Assembly: GCA_051599415.1 (NCBI GenBank) | Contig: AP039690.1 | Coordinates: forward strand, 744,001 to 808,000 | Reading direction: 5' to 3' | Source of the DNA: Savitreella phatthalungensis | Lineage: Eukaryota | Length of the DNA stretch: 64,000 nucleotides | Shown: piece after piece, positions 28,085 to 39,336 of the stretch | Numbering within the stretch: the first letter of the stretch is position 1 | How the letters are laid out: every line of letters starts with the position of its first letter | Translations under genes and position numbers: made by a program | Notes under the pieces: generated by a model | What the model was told of the DNA's origin: nothing | The model's database searches: none | Seen by the model: only the letters and a program-made list of their open reading frames with translations

Positions 28085-31027
28085 ATGAGAGGCCTCGTCT
28101 CTGGCACAGACTCATTCGCCCTTGCTGCTCCAACAAGAGACCTCTACTACGCGACAATCGAATTCTACGCATCCATCGGCTTCATCGAGGCAAAATCCTG
28201 GTCAAAGCAAGAAGGCAACCGTGACGATGCTTACTGTGCAGACGCACACGCTGAAGCATGGCTACTTGCTGCCGACGACGAGTCAGATGATACAGCTGTA
28301 CTGAAAATCAGATTGATCCCTTCACCTTCCTCTTCCACAGATTCCAATTCCACCCAGGACCCACGTGCATCCAAGGATGACTGGAGAAGCTTCACGGGTC
28401 AACTGACACTCCGGTCACGCCGTCTAGGCGCAGTCATTTCCCAGCTGGATGCAATGAACGTCATATTCAAGGGTTACCCAGCCCATTCCCCAACAGAACT
28501 CTGCTTGCGTGACCCGCTAGGCACACCGATCGCCATCACAGAGCGTCATCATGCCCTCAGCTCCCTCACATCCTCGGACAGAGCCTCTCTGGACGCTAGA
28601 CGGCTCCGCAAGGCTTCTGACGCCGCCGCCCTCAAGCAAGCCATTCTAGATGATCCATCACCCACGACATCCACCTCTCCAAATGGCACCACAAAGCAAA
28701 ATGGGAAGCGTAAGCGGATCGGTGTGATGACCTCAGGTGGCGACTCTCCCGGTATGAATGCTGCAGTCCGATCAGTCGTCCGAATGTCTATCGCCCTCGG
28801 CTGCGAGGCGTATGCGATCTACGAAGGCTATGAAGGTCTCGTTCAGGGTGGAGATCTGATTAAGCAGATGACTTGGGAGGACGTTCGCGGTTGGTTGTCG
28901 GAGGGAGGAACCTTGATTGGAACAGCACGGTGTTTAGCCTTCCGAGAGCGCAAGGGTCGTCTCCTCGGCGCCAAACATCTCATCCTTGCAGGGATTGATG
29001 CGTTAGTCATCTGCGGTGGCGACGGCAGTCTCACCGGTGCAGATATCTTCCGCGCAGAGTGGCCTTCCCTCGTCGAAGAGCTCATCTCCACCGGCGTCCT
29101 CACAGCGGATCAGTGTGCGCCATACCAGCATCTCACCATCGTCGGTCTCGTTGGCAGTATCGACAACGACATGTCATCGACTGATTCTACTATTGGTGCA
29201 TACTCATCTCTTCACCGTATCTGCGAGTCTGTCGACTCCATTGGCTCCACTGCGCTCTCTCACTCCCGCGCTTTCGTCGTCGAAGTCATGGGAAGACACT
29301 GTGGCTGGTTGGCATTAATGGCTGCTGTGTCGACCGGCGCAGATTTTGTCTTCATCCCAGAGCGGCCTCCGTTCGAGGCCGACTGGCAGGATAAGATGTG
29401 CGCGAGCATCAAGCGGCATCGCAAGCTAGGTCGACGAATTACCATCATCATTGTGGCCGAGGGGGCTATCGACAGGGAACTCAATCCCATAACACCAGAC
29501 ATGATCAAGAACATCCTTGTCGATCAGCTGCATCTTGATACCCGCGTCACTACCCTCGGTCACATCCAGCGCGGCGGTACGCCCTGCTTCTACGATCGAT
29601 ACCTCGCGACCATGCAGGGATGTGAGGCTGTGCACGCGGTACTCGAGAGCACTCCTGAGACACCCTCACCGATGATCGGTATCACAGAAAACACATTCAC
29701 ACGGAACCCTCTGATGGACGCTGTCAAGATGACGCACGCCGTCGCTCAGAACATTGAGAAGAAGGACTTCGCAGCTGCCATGGATCTGCGCGATCCAGAG
29801 TTCTCGGAAAACTACGAAACATACATTCACACTTCACAAGTGAGATTAGACGACCCTGCATTCACTCTACCCGATCACAAGCGCCTTCGCGTAGCTATCA
29901 TTCATGTCGGCGCTCCTGCAGGCGGCATGAACAGTGCCACAGCCGCCGTCGCCAGGTACTGTCTGAATCGAGGCCATACACCACTTGCATGTCACAACGG
30001 CTTCCCGGGACTGATTCGTCATGGTCACGAAGGTGGTGTGCAGGAGCTAAAGTGGATGGACGTCGATGGGTGGACGATGCGCGGTGGTTCGGAGCTCGGG
30101 ACCAACCGCGATACGCCTGACATCGACATCGGTATGGCCGCATACCAGTTCCAGAAGCACAACTTTGACGCGCTCATCATTATTGGCGGCTATGAAGGGT
30201 TCTCCGCCCTCAACCAGCTCGCCCAAGCTCGAGTCAACTACCCGTCCTTCCGGATCCCCATGGTCTGTCTACCAGCCACCATCTCCAACAATGTTCCTGG
30301 CACCGACTACTCGCTCGGCAGCGACACCTGTCTAAATGCGCTGATTGCCTACTGTGACGCCACAAAGCAGTCAGCGTCTGCTTCCCGGCGACGTGTCTTT
30401 GTGGTTGAGGTGCAAGGTGGTCGATGTGGATACGTTGCGACGATGGCCGGATTAACGGTCGGTGCGCTAGCAATCTACACGCCAGAAGAAGGTATCTCGA
30501 TCGACATGCTTGCGCGGGACGTCGCTCACCTGAAACATTCGTACGCACTCGACCGCGGTGAAAACCGCGCAGGAAAGCTCATCCTCAGAAACGAGAGAGC
30601 CTCAGACACCTACACCACAGACCTGATCGCCAGAATCATCGCTACCGAAGCCAAAGGCAGATTTGAATCCCGCTCGGCCGTTCCTGGCCATATTCAGCAA
30701 GGCGGAACTCCGTCGCCGATGGATCGGGTTCGTGCGACGCGTCTAGCGATCAAGTGTATGCAATTTATCGAGAAGCACGCCTGCTCGACGACGATTCCGG
30801 CCCTGCCTGACGAGACGTCTTCCGTGATCGGGATCCGCGGCATCTCCGTCGTCTTCACACCAGTCCACGGCCTCGTCCACGACGAAGCTGACCACAAGCA
30901 CCGTCGACCTAAAGATGCCTGGTGGAAGCACGTCGCCACAACCCTCGGAATCCTATCAGGAAGATCACTACCTCCAGCCATCGTCGATCGATCTGAAGCT
31001 CAGCATGACAGACCTTTACAGCCCTAA
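28085..31027 (+). CDS. PFK1: ATP-dependent 6-phosphofructokinase with yeast-type N-terminal extension
   Basis: RIGVMTSGGDSPGMNAAVR, GGDGSLTGA, LVGSIDND, EVMGRHCG; regulatory half AIIHVGAPAGGMN, PATISNNVPGT, GHIQQGGTPSPMDR. Confidence 0.97.
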   Translation: MRGLVSGTDSFALAAPTRDLYYATIEFYASIGFIEAKSWSKQEGNRDDAYCADAHAEAWLLAADDESDDTAVLKIRLIPSPSSSTDSNSTQDPRASKDDWRSFTGQLTLRSRRLGAVISQLDAMNVIFKGYPAHSPTELCLRDPLGTPIAITERHHALSSLTSSDRASLDARRLRKASDAAALKQAILDDPSPTTSTSPNGTTKQNGKRKRIGVMTSGGDSPGMNAAVRSVVRMSIALGCEAYAIYEGYEGLVQGGDLIKQMTWEDVRGWLSEGGTLIGTARCLAFRERKGRLLGAKHLILAGIDALVICGGDGSLTGADIFRAEWPSLVEELISTGVLTADQCAPYQHLTIVGLVGSIDNDMSSTDSTIGAYSSLHRICESVDSIGSTALSHSRAFVVEVMGRHCGWLALMAAVSTGADFVFIPERPPFEADWQDKMCASIKRHRKLGRRITIIIVAEGAIDRELNPITPDMIKNILVDQLHLDTRVTTLGHIQRGGTPCFYDRYLATMQGCEAVHAVLESTPETPSPMIGITENTFTRNPLMDAVKMTHAVAQNIEKKDFAAAMDLRDPEFSENYETYIHTSQVRLDDPAFTLPDHKRLRVAIIHVGAPAGGMNSATAAVARYCLNRGHTPLACHNGFPGLIRHGHEGGVQELKWMDVDGWTMRGGSELGTNRDTPDIDIGMAAYQFQKHNFDALIIIGGYEGFSALNQLAQARVNYPSFRIPMVCLPATISNNVPGTDYSLGSDTCLNALIAYCDATKQSASASRRRVFVVEVQGGRCGYVATMAGLTVGALAIYTPEEGISIDMLARDVAHLKHSYALDRGENRAGKLILRNERASDTYTTDLIARIIATEAKGRFESRSAVPGHIQQGGTPSPMDRVRATRLAIKCMQFIEKHACSTTIPALPDETSSVIGIRGISVVFTPVHGLVHDEADHKHRRPKDAWWKHVATTLGILSGRSLPPAIVDRSEAQHDRPLQP

Positions 31028-31404
31028 AACAAGTCCTCTTACCATATTCATCCGCTTCTTAGATTATATGTTATACGTATTAGTTGGGCTATCGAAGCCG
31101 GCACTCGGATCGACAAGCGCTCCCCATATCATGTAAATCATCATTGGCATTGGTGATCGCCGTCATGCACCTATCTCTCCTAATGAAGATCTCGTGAAGC
31201 TGGCTGACTAGTGAGTGTCACGAGGGGCAAATCGCAAGGCGGTAGCCATCGTGTGAATTGTCAATATCGCTCAACGTGTCCCCGCGCATAATGTAGCAGC
31301 ATCGACGAAGTCGCGTTGTCATCTCATTCGCAGAGATCCCGTGGGTCACAGACACGACCAGATACTCCTTGGCGGTGTTGAGACCGAGCGACTAGGGACC
31401 CAAA

Positions 31405-33999
31405 TCACGGCTGTGGTGATGTCGGCCTGATATGATGTGGTGGTGGATGGTTGCGGTAGGTCGAGACCGGTAGTGTGAGGTGATGGACGTGGGCGGTGGT
31501 GGATGGGCCGAGGTCACGTGACATGACCAGATTCGCAGGGTTGCCGCCACTTTCGCCTCCGCCGTTTCCAACACTAGCTGGCCAGGCGGCAAACGGTGGA
31601 TATCCAGGCATATTCAATAGTCCAGAATCATCAAATGACATGGTGCTCGCAAGCGGTGCGAATGTAGTCATATGCTGATGTGCGGTAGGAGCAGGTTGTC
31701 CTATCATTGCAGACTCCGATGCGTAGGATGACAGGAAACGCTGCTCCGGGGTGAGTTGGTTGGGAGATAGCTCGGGCGGCTGTTTTCTGCTGGTTCGCGA
31801 GGATATTTCGTGCGGACCACGACCGGTCGTGGATGACTGTCGCTTGAGATCGCCTCCGTGACCTGTGACCCAGCGATAAAGCGTCCTGATCAGGTCAATG
31901 CCCTGCAGGTGCGGCCGCCTCTGGAATCGGTCCATGATTGTCTGAATCAACCATTTATCCTGATCCTCTTCGTCTTCGCCCTCGCCTTCGTCCCGAGCAG
32001 CTTCTCCCAGATGAGGTGGTAGCGGGTCATAACGCGGATGATGTCGAATCCACAGACCAAGACAAAGCACCGAAGCAGCTGGCAGACTGCCGATCGTTGC
32101 AAATTCGCGGATGTGCCAATCGAATTGGCTCATTTGAAGTCCGAGAGATTCAGCTGCATTCGTCCCCTGCTCGCGCCTTGCATACATCCCTTCGACGATA
32201 TTTGTCATCTTCCGAGCTGCGTCAAGACACATAATGCGGGAATGATGATAGTCAGAGGTCTTTTGCAGCAGGAAAGGCCGATGAATTACAAGCATTGTGT
32301 GAGCTTCGATGAAGGTGCCAAAGAGATTGTAAAGCCACCGAGTGTTGTCACTTGTCTGATCTTGTGGAAAGGATGGCAGACTGCCAAAATCCTTGCGTGT
32401 CTGAGCTTCCACTTCAAGGACGTCACGATACGATGGCTGAGCTCTTGGACGATAGAGGTGGCGGAACACGAGTTGCATCCTGTGAGAAATCACGAATTTT
32501 GCGTGAGTGAACAAAATCGAGATGGGCACGGATGTGAGTGAGCCATGCAATTCAGGGCCATAGACAGCGTCCAATGGTGATAGAGTATCCCACTCATCGG
32601 CGTCTATAATGGAAACGCGACCATAGCGCGCAGCATGAATCGTGTCCATCGTAATGACCGCTGTCCATAGGATCCGGCGACACTGAGCACGATGCCCGGT
32701 GATTCCTAGGTGAGATGGATCACGATGAAGACCTAGAGCTCGTGCAATCTGAACAAGTGAGCCAAGCATGACCCAAGTGGCAGACAGTCTGAGGCGCTCA
32801 CGTTGATAAAAGAAGAGCACATTAAGCATGACTGAGACTGTTCTCAAGTCAAAGTGAGTAGTATATCCAGCCAATTTGAGACATGCGAGTGCTTTCTCAG
32901 CATAGAAATCAGCAGTCGTCGATGTCGGGTCATCGTTAGCAATCGCTAAAGCAAGCATGCTGAAGACGAGACCGAGCATTGTCGGATCGCTAGGCTGCCT
33001 GCAGAAGTTTTGATAGTCCGGAAAGAATTCAGATGGCTCAATATAAGGGTAGTAGGTGTGATAACACTCGAAATATCTGACGAGAAGAGCGTCACGGCGT
33101 GTAGCGTCTGGAAGGCAGGTCAAGCACTCATCCACACTGTGAGTAGTGATATTCGTGCTCAGGAAGTCTCCTTGGGAGAGCTCGTCTCCGGCATCATTCC
33201 AATTATCAGGGTAAGCGGTATCGAAGGACTCATCGACTGCGATTTTGACGTCTTCAATTTCCTTCAGGATCATATCCCACGAAGTTAGTCCTTTGTAGCG
33301 AATCTTGTTCTGACGAGAACGTGATCCTACGAGTGTAGCAGCTTTGTATGCTGCAGCAGCCGACGATCTCAGATTTTCTGCACTTCCATTTTCACCAGAT
33401 AGCAGGTCAGGCGGCGGATGTCCTGTGTCACTCGCGTACTCCCGTACGAGAGATTCGAGTTGCAAGACTCTGTCCTTGAGCTCGGCATTGCTATCAAGGA
33501 GCCGCAAGTAGCGAGCTTGCGCAGGAGCTTTTGGTTGCTGAGACTGGTAGAAGCATTGATCACGCTCACCGCGCTTGACACAACTTGAGCACGGCAACTG
33601 TCTGTCACACTTGCGCTTCCGCCGGCGACAAGGAGTACAGTTGAGAGCACTACGCTTACGGGTCTGTCTTGTGGTCTTCGACGGAAGCTTGCCTGTTTGA
33701 GTGGGATGTCGACCGCTCAGAGAAAGACCTGGGCTCGTTGTAGCATACATATGACGTTCTGAATCATTTTCATGCGATTCACCTTCATCCAGATCGTCTT
33801 CGTTATCATCATCAGACTTTGGGACAAAAGTTTGCGGCTGTGTATGCTGTTGCGTGTGTGAATGAGGTTGAAGCATGATACCCTGCGGATTGATTGCATC
33901 GTATGGATCCAACTCAGACCGAGATGAATGGTGATGAAGATATCCAGCCGGGCTTGTAGAAGAGCCTTGATAGCTCGGTACGTCCCTTGACCTGGCCAT
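31405..33999 (-). CDS. Zn(II)2Cys6 binuclear-cluster transcription factor with fungal-specific middle homology region
   Basis: CTPCRRRKRKCDRQLPCSSCVKRGERDQCFY, coiled coil, ARALGLHRDP...RRILW. Confidence 0.92.
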   Translation of the reverse strand: MARSRDVPSYQGSSTSPAGYLHHHSSRSELDPYDAINPQGIMLQPHSHTQQHTQPQTFVPKSDDDNEDDLDEGESHENDSERHMYATTSPGLSLSGRHPTQTGKLPSKTTRQTRKRSALNCTPCRRRKRKCDRQLPCSSCVKRGERDQCFYQSQQPKAPAQARYLRLLDSNAELKDRVLQLESLVREYASDTGHPPPDLLSGENGSAENLRSSAAAAYKAATLVGSRSRQNKIRYKGLTSWDMILKEIEDVKIAVDESFDTAYPDNWNDAGDELSQGDFLSTNITTHSVDECLTCLPDATRRDALLVRYFECYHTYYPYIEPSEFFPDYQNFCRQPSDPTMLGLVFSMLALAIANDDPTSTTADFYAEKALACLKLAGYTTHFDLRTVSVMLNVLFFYQRERLRLSATWVMLGSLVQIARALGLHRDPSHLGITGHRAQCRRILWTAVITMDTIHAARYGRVSIIDADEWDTLSPLDAVYGPELHGSLTSVPISILFTHAKFVISHRMQLVFRHLYRPRAQPSYRDVLEVEAQTRKDFGSLPSFPQDQTSDNTRWLYNLFGTFIEAHTMLVIHRPFLLQKTSDYHHSRIMCLDAARKMTNIVEGMYARREQGTNAAESLGLQMSQFDWHIREFATIGSLPAASVLCLGLWIRHHPRYDPLPPHLGEAARDEGEGEDEEDQDKWLIQTIMDRFQRRPHLQGIDLIRTLYRWVTGHGGDLKRQSSTTGRGPHEISSRTSRKQPPELSPNQLTPEQRFLSSYASESAMIGQPAPTAHQHMTTFAPLASTMSFDDSGLLNMPGYPPFAAWPASVGNGGGESGGNPANLVMSRDLGPSTTAHVHHLTLPVSTYRNHPPPHHIRPTSPQP

Positions 34000-36190
34000 C
34001 TTTCGTCCCGATCGTCTGGTCTCGTGATGGCTTCCGCAGGCTGTGACCCATCGATCGTTTTTGCTGGTGGCCTATCGGACCTGGTCTGTCGGCAGAAAGG
34101 GACTCCGCGGCGTCAATCACGTGCTGCAGAGCTGTCAGAATCCTTCGTCACGCGTTTTGCACAACTCCTAAGCAATATTGCGTCGCGTCCATTCGTTTCT
34201 CTCTGGGTAGTACTTTATATGCAATACCTGCGAGCGATACATAGTCTACGATAATCTACGTGCGCAGAGGGTGAAGGTACGAACGCGCCACGTAGACTGC
34301 GTCAGTGTGACCAAGTTGGAACGAGCAAGGGCTGTCAGGCACGTCCCTGCCCGACCAAGTCAGACGTGTGGGCAGCCACTTGGAGGTGGCATGGAGATAT
34401 TGCGGAGTTAAGGATGTTTTGGTAAGTACGTCAGTGATGGCCTCGGGTTAGATTTACAGTGTTGATCCCAAAGCCTCATATGAGTGTCCTAGTACAGCCT
34501 TACAGCCTAAAAGCCTAGTGGCCATGTATTGCTTACTGTCTAATTCGAAGGGCAGGCTTGTAGCGCTCATTGGGCTCGATCATTGTCGAATCACTCGATG
34601 TTGAAAAACGGATGACTCGGGTTCAAGCGGGCCACATCTCAGCCTGACTTAGACTGCATGACTTACAGTTCTCACAAGCACTTTGAATAACTATCCCATC
34701 TGTTTCCAGCTCGGTGGAATCGAAGAATCAGAATGGGATTTCTACAGTGGCGCACCGCTTTTGCCCAATTGAATAGATTAACAAGTTCCATGAATTTCAA
34801 ATGACCTTGCATTTCACCCTAGCTAGTGCCCGAACTTGACTCTACACTGTCGGGGCCAAACGGTAATCAAGATTCAACAGGGATCCAGAGATACTCCAAA
34901 TCCAGAACAGCGGGTAATCCTTCCATTCGATGAGACGAGGGAAGGTTTCAACAAGCCCAAATAGCTTCTTTACGTTGAAGAATGCAAGCAAGCTCGCTTG
35001 CAGATTGCTGCGATTGTTACTACAGTATGCCACTGACCTGCGTAGGTTCTGCGCGGTTTCTAATGCAAGCAGAAAGAGGCTCGCGGCACTAGAAATCTTC
35101 CTGTGAATATGATTCATATTAGCACATAAGATCAATGCCACGGCGGCTACCACATTTCCCCAACCTAAACGTTGAGCCACGGTAGAATCTCCGAGCTCGA
35201 ATTCATGGGTTCATGGATTCATTGCTTGGTTATTGGCGATGCATCTGAATGCTTCATACATCAGATGATCAAGAAGACCGGCAACATCAACTGTCTTCAC
35301 CCTATTAGATCATGAACAACACGGTGACGATTACAGCAGATTGAGAAACGAACGAGCTTGTACTCGGACCATTTGTTGTTGCGAGCTTACGCTGCACAGA
35401 CAACTAGATGGTACGGCACTGAGAGAAACCTCATGAGGGCGTGTACAATGCAAATGAACACACAAGGTCTTCTCGTCTACTTTATGTACTGGATAGTTTG
35501 TGCATCGTACGAATTGCAATGGATGCAAGATGGTACAAATGCTTGTAATCATATATACTGTATGTGTACGTACCAACTGTCCGGTCCGGTCAATTCGATC
35601 GAGTTCAATCAAAGCCAAGCCAAGCCACGCCAATCACGTTGCAAACCGCAAACGTATCGCTGATCAATTACACCAGATCTGATCTACGGACATGTCTATT
35701 CCGTCCACCAGAGAGCATCATCACCATGAACGGCAGGATTACCCATGTACTCACACATCCTACACTATACAGCAAGAAGCGCAACCAGATAGGACCCAGG
35801 TGAGAGCTCGTCTAGCATATATCCTCGCTCTGCCGAGCGATTCGCCCGCTAGTTCGAATAGTGCGACTGCATGAGAGGAGAGTTGAAGACATACTGATCA
35901 ATTGACAATCCTGTGCTCAACCTCATCGCAATCAACTTGAGTCAATCCATTCACCAGGGCGTCCCAAATCAGGCTGCCTTGAGGCTAACACCGTTGACAA
36001 CCGAGTCGAGCTAGCGCTGGCTTGGAACCTAGTCATTTCTGTTGCCAGTCTGCGCTAAGACAAGCAAGTGATCACTCGATAAGCTTCTGAAGATCCAGTC
36101 AGATTCGAACTACAAGTTTGCCAATTCCTCAGCTCTCTGAGTATCTCCTCAAGCTTCTCTGCCATTCGGAAACCTCCGAATCTCGACAAC

Positions 36191-37765
36191 ATGGAGACAC
36201 TTCCAGATGAAGTGCTCGTGCAGTGCTTGCACAGACTTGACTACATTTCGCTATGCCGCATGGCGCAAGTGTCTCGCAGACTGTACACCCTCGCGAGTGA
36301 TGCGAGCGTCTGGCAGCAAATCATGAGCACGACGCTCGACAAAGTCCGATCGCGTGACGAGGACGTTGATATGGTTAGCTCGACATCACGGAGCGCAAGC
36401 TGGCGCACTTCAGCCGGCATCTCCGACCACGAGAGCAGTTGCCGTAGGACTGTCCGCGAGCGGGTTGAGGCGATTCGCGAATTTCTCCAGTTCGGAACGA
36501 CAGACTTCACAGCCAGAACGCTGCGACGTCATTTCTCTGAATTAAACAGCAAGAACGCTTTGCTGCTTTCCAGACTTTTGCAGCAGTCGGTACTAGACAT
36601 TGACGATGTTTGTGTGGACATGCGTGGCCACGCGTTCTCTAGAAAGAGTATGCCTCGACTTGGTCGAGATCTCGCTCGTCTTCGTGAGCAGGGTCACTTC
36701 TTCCCCGAGTCCGCCGAGACCCTGGATCAATACCTGCTCAGACATAACGATCGTCTGGTCGTGGATCCGCGGTCAGAAATCTACCTGGTGCGCATGCTGT
36801 TATCGCGATTGCATAATCGGAAAGCATCGCCACGTCACCTGCGGGAGTTCCTCACGGTCGCTCACCTGATCGTCTATGATTCAATCTCGTACCCGATCTT
36901 GTACTATCCGCCACGCAATCCAGTCTCGACCACGTCCCGACGATTTCTAAGGTCCGCAGCGATCAACACGAATGCACCGCAGGTCAACTGGGGCGTAGTT
37001 GAGACGATCTACTCGATGTTCTCCCTGTACCGTGACCTGATGCCGGAGAACATCCCAGGATTCGTTCCTAGTCGTCAGTGGATCGAGGGAGAGGTGCCGA
37101 TGACCGCAAGTATGTTTAACGCGGACATTACCGGCAATTGGCATGGGCTATATGGCTATCTAGATTTCCGGGAACTGGAAGTCCTAGACGATTGGCGCCC
37201 TCTCACACCCGATTACTTTGATGGTTGTCAGAATGTGCGCTTCCGCCAGGAAGAACCCATCCCGAAATCGTCCCCTGATGAGCCTCAGCGCTGGCAATTC
37301 TCCGGTGACGGACATTCTCCACATGGTCCATTCCACATCCACGGGACGACTGTCGCCATGGATGGTTTTGAGGAACGTGGCTGGAAGGTGATTTCGTTTG
37401 ACGAGATGTTCAATAGTGACGGCTTGATGCCCTGGGTCATGGAAGGTGTCGTGATCCCATCTATTGGAATCATCGGCAGGTGGCGTGACAACTCAGAGCC
37501 ACAGGGTGAAGGTGTGGAAGGCGGCTACGTGCTGTGGCGAGATCGAGCGCGAGACGCCATCTCACAACTACGCAGACTTGCGTGGGAAGCTGACCTCGAA
37601 CGCACAGGCACATTGAGTCATCAACCGAGACCGTCCCTACCAGTTCGGACCGCAGGCAAAGAAGCTGGAACAGAGACCTCTTATATTGTCATCGAAGAGG
37701 CAACACAACACGGTCAAGACTTCTCCTGGTGTCCGGCAGAGCTGGAGCCAGGAGTGCATGGTTGA
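36191..37765 (+). CDS. F-box protein
   Basis: N-terminal LPDEVLVQCLHRLDYISLCRMAQVSRRLYTLASDASVW; C-terminal domain not recognised. Confidence 0.85.
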   Translation: METLPDEVLVQCLHRLDYISLCRMAQVSRRLYTLASDASVWQQIMSTTLDKVRSRDEDVDMVSSTSRSASWRTSAGISDHESSCRRTVRERVEAIREFLQFGTTDFTARTLRRHFSELNSKNALLLSRLLQQSVLDIDDVCVDMRGHAFSRKSMPRLGRDLARLREQGHFFPESAETLDQYLLRHNDRLVVDPRSEIYLVRMLLSRLHNRKASPRHLREFLTVAHLIVYDSISYPILYYPPRNPVSTTSRRFLRSAAINTNAPQVNWGVVETIYSMFSLYRDLMPENIPGFVPSRQWIEGEVPMTASMFNADITGNWHGLYGYLDFRELEVLDDWRPLTPDYFDGCQNVRFRQEEPIPKSSPDEPQRWQFSGDGHSPHGPFHIHGTTVAMDGFEERGWKVISFDEMFNSDGLMPWVMEGVVIPSIGIIGRWRDNSEPQGEGVEGGYVLWRDRARDAISQLRRLAWEADLERTGTLSHQPRPSLPVRTAGKEAGTETSYIVIEEATQHGQDFSWCPAELEPGVHG

Positions 37766-38069
37766 GACAATGACTGCCTGTGGACAAGAAAGTAGAATAC
37801 GTCAGATAAGTTATGACCAGATGGAGCTATGAATGATATGATTGACTCGCCCTTTGAATGTGATCCCATGCGGATGTGTGTATAGGACACGCACTCCGCA
37901 CGCTGACGGAATCACAGATCGAATTGACGATTTGTTGTGCCCCTCCAATGTTCCCGTTTCCGCGACAGATTGATCGATCGAATCCACAAAAGGAACCAAG
38001 ATGGGATAAGATACCGTCATCACGCAGACCATTTCTCCGCGAGACTCGTCAGGGTCTCACTTCGAAAGA

Positions 38070-39140
38070 ATGTCGGATGACATGTCGCTCAGACAGATCC
38101 CGCCATCACCCATGCACTCTCCCAAGAGTGGGCCATACCGACCTCCGAAGAGCCAGATCCCGTCGTTAGATCCTAGTGTCGCTGCAGACTACGATGTGAA
38201 CGACGAGGACATTCCATCAGTCGAAGCAATCCCAAGCCTATCGATTGACCTGGACAGCAGCGACACGGCTGCTATGAGGCGGGAGGAGCGTCTATCGACA
38301 TCGCTCTACTACCTGCGTCGAGCGCACCGGGTTTCAGCGTACGCGTTCTGCGGCTTCGCCGGCATCCACTTTGCCAACACCGGTATCGCACTCCTCCTCT
38401 CGTCATCCACCGCCCCACAACACTTCGACGGCACCCTCCCCTTCGCAGACGATAACCTGCTAGCTGCCAGAGCACTCTACCACGCAGTACCCCCGCTCGT
38501 CGAGCTCCTTGCCGTCGCAACGCCACTGGCAGTCCATGTGGTCTCGGGTTTCGGGTTGCGGGCGGTGAGGCTGGAGAGGGAGTATCGGCTGTGGGTGGAT
38601 GGGTGTAGGGGTGGTGGGGTGACTGGGCTGGTGAGGCGGTGGGTCAGGGCGTTCTCGTGGACGAGTGTGCTAGGGTACGTGGTCGTGCCGGCAGTCGCAG
38701 CTCATGTCGCAGTCCACAGGATCGCACCGGTCGCTGCAGACGTCGATGCGTCGTCCGCCATCGTCGCACACCTCCTACGTCTCCCAGACGCGATCGACGG
38801 AGCAATGGGAATCGAGAAGCACGTCGTCAGAGTTGTGAGGGCGGTTGCTCAGGTGGGGTATCCTGTGTTGGTTGCAGGGGCAGGTTGGCATATGAGTTAT
38901 GGGCTGCTGTCGCTGCTCAGGTGGCCTGCTATAAATCCTGGAGAAGGGAAGAGACGGGCTACGAGGACGAGGGCGGTGGTGGCTGCGGGAGTGACAGGAG
39001 TTTGGATGGCAGCATTGGCAAAGTTGTGGTGGCTTGGCCCGGTGGTCGGCAACGGGTTCCGCAAGCTTGAGTTCGATAAGCTGGTGCTGACTATCGTGAG
39101 GTCCTTACCGAGACCTCTGCAGCGCCTCGGGCTTGCGTAA
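38070..39140 (+). CDS. MCP1: Mcp1-like mitochondrial outer membrane protein (DUF1691)
   Basis: Pro-rich N-terminus followed by about five TM segments with conserved His (GIHFANT, VHVVSG, AHVAVHR, WHMSYG). Confidence 0.72.
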   Translation: MSDDMSLRQIPPSPMHSPKSGPYRPPKSQIPSLDPSVAADYDVNDEDIPSVEAIPSLSIDLDSSDTAAMRREERLSTSLYYLRRAHRVSAYAFCGFAGIHFANTGIALLLSSSTAPQHFDGTLPFADDNLLAARALYHAVPPLVELLAVATPLAVHVVSGFGLRAVRLEREYRLWVDGCRGGGVTGLVRRWVRAFSWTSVLGYVVVPAVAAHVAVHRIAPVAADVDASSAIVAHLLRLPDAIDGAMGIEKHVVRVVRAVAQVGYPVLVAGAGWHMSYGLLSLLRWPAINPGEGKRRATRTRAVVAAGVTGVWMAALAKLWWLGPVVGNGFRKLEFDKLVLTIVRSLPRPLQRLGLA

Positions 39141-39336
39141 CACAATCACTTGGGATGATTCTATGAAGCACATGTACAAGTAGAACGAACGAAGACGACA
39201 TTCGCACATGAAGTATAAAAATCTAGTAATAAGTCAAAGAGGTGAAAGGCTGCGTGTTTGTGGATGCAGGTGAAAGTGTTCCAGTTGTCTCTATCTGTCC
39301 TGCCGAAGGGTATGCTTTTCGGCCGAGCGCATAGAA

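Noticed and set aside
28085..28700. Pfk N-terminal extension as a novel fusion
   Set aside because: A glyoxalase-like N-terminal domain is already known in yeast phosphofructokinases.
34254..36190. Short ORFs and a GGTTCAAG T-loop-like motif (about 34620) in the long intergenic region
   Set aside because: ORFs lack motifs; the bases flanking the T-loop-like motif do not pair, so no tRNA cloverleaf forms.
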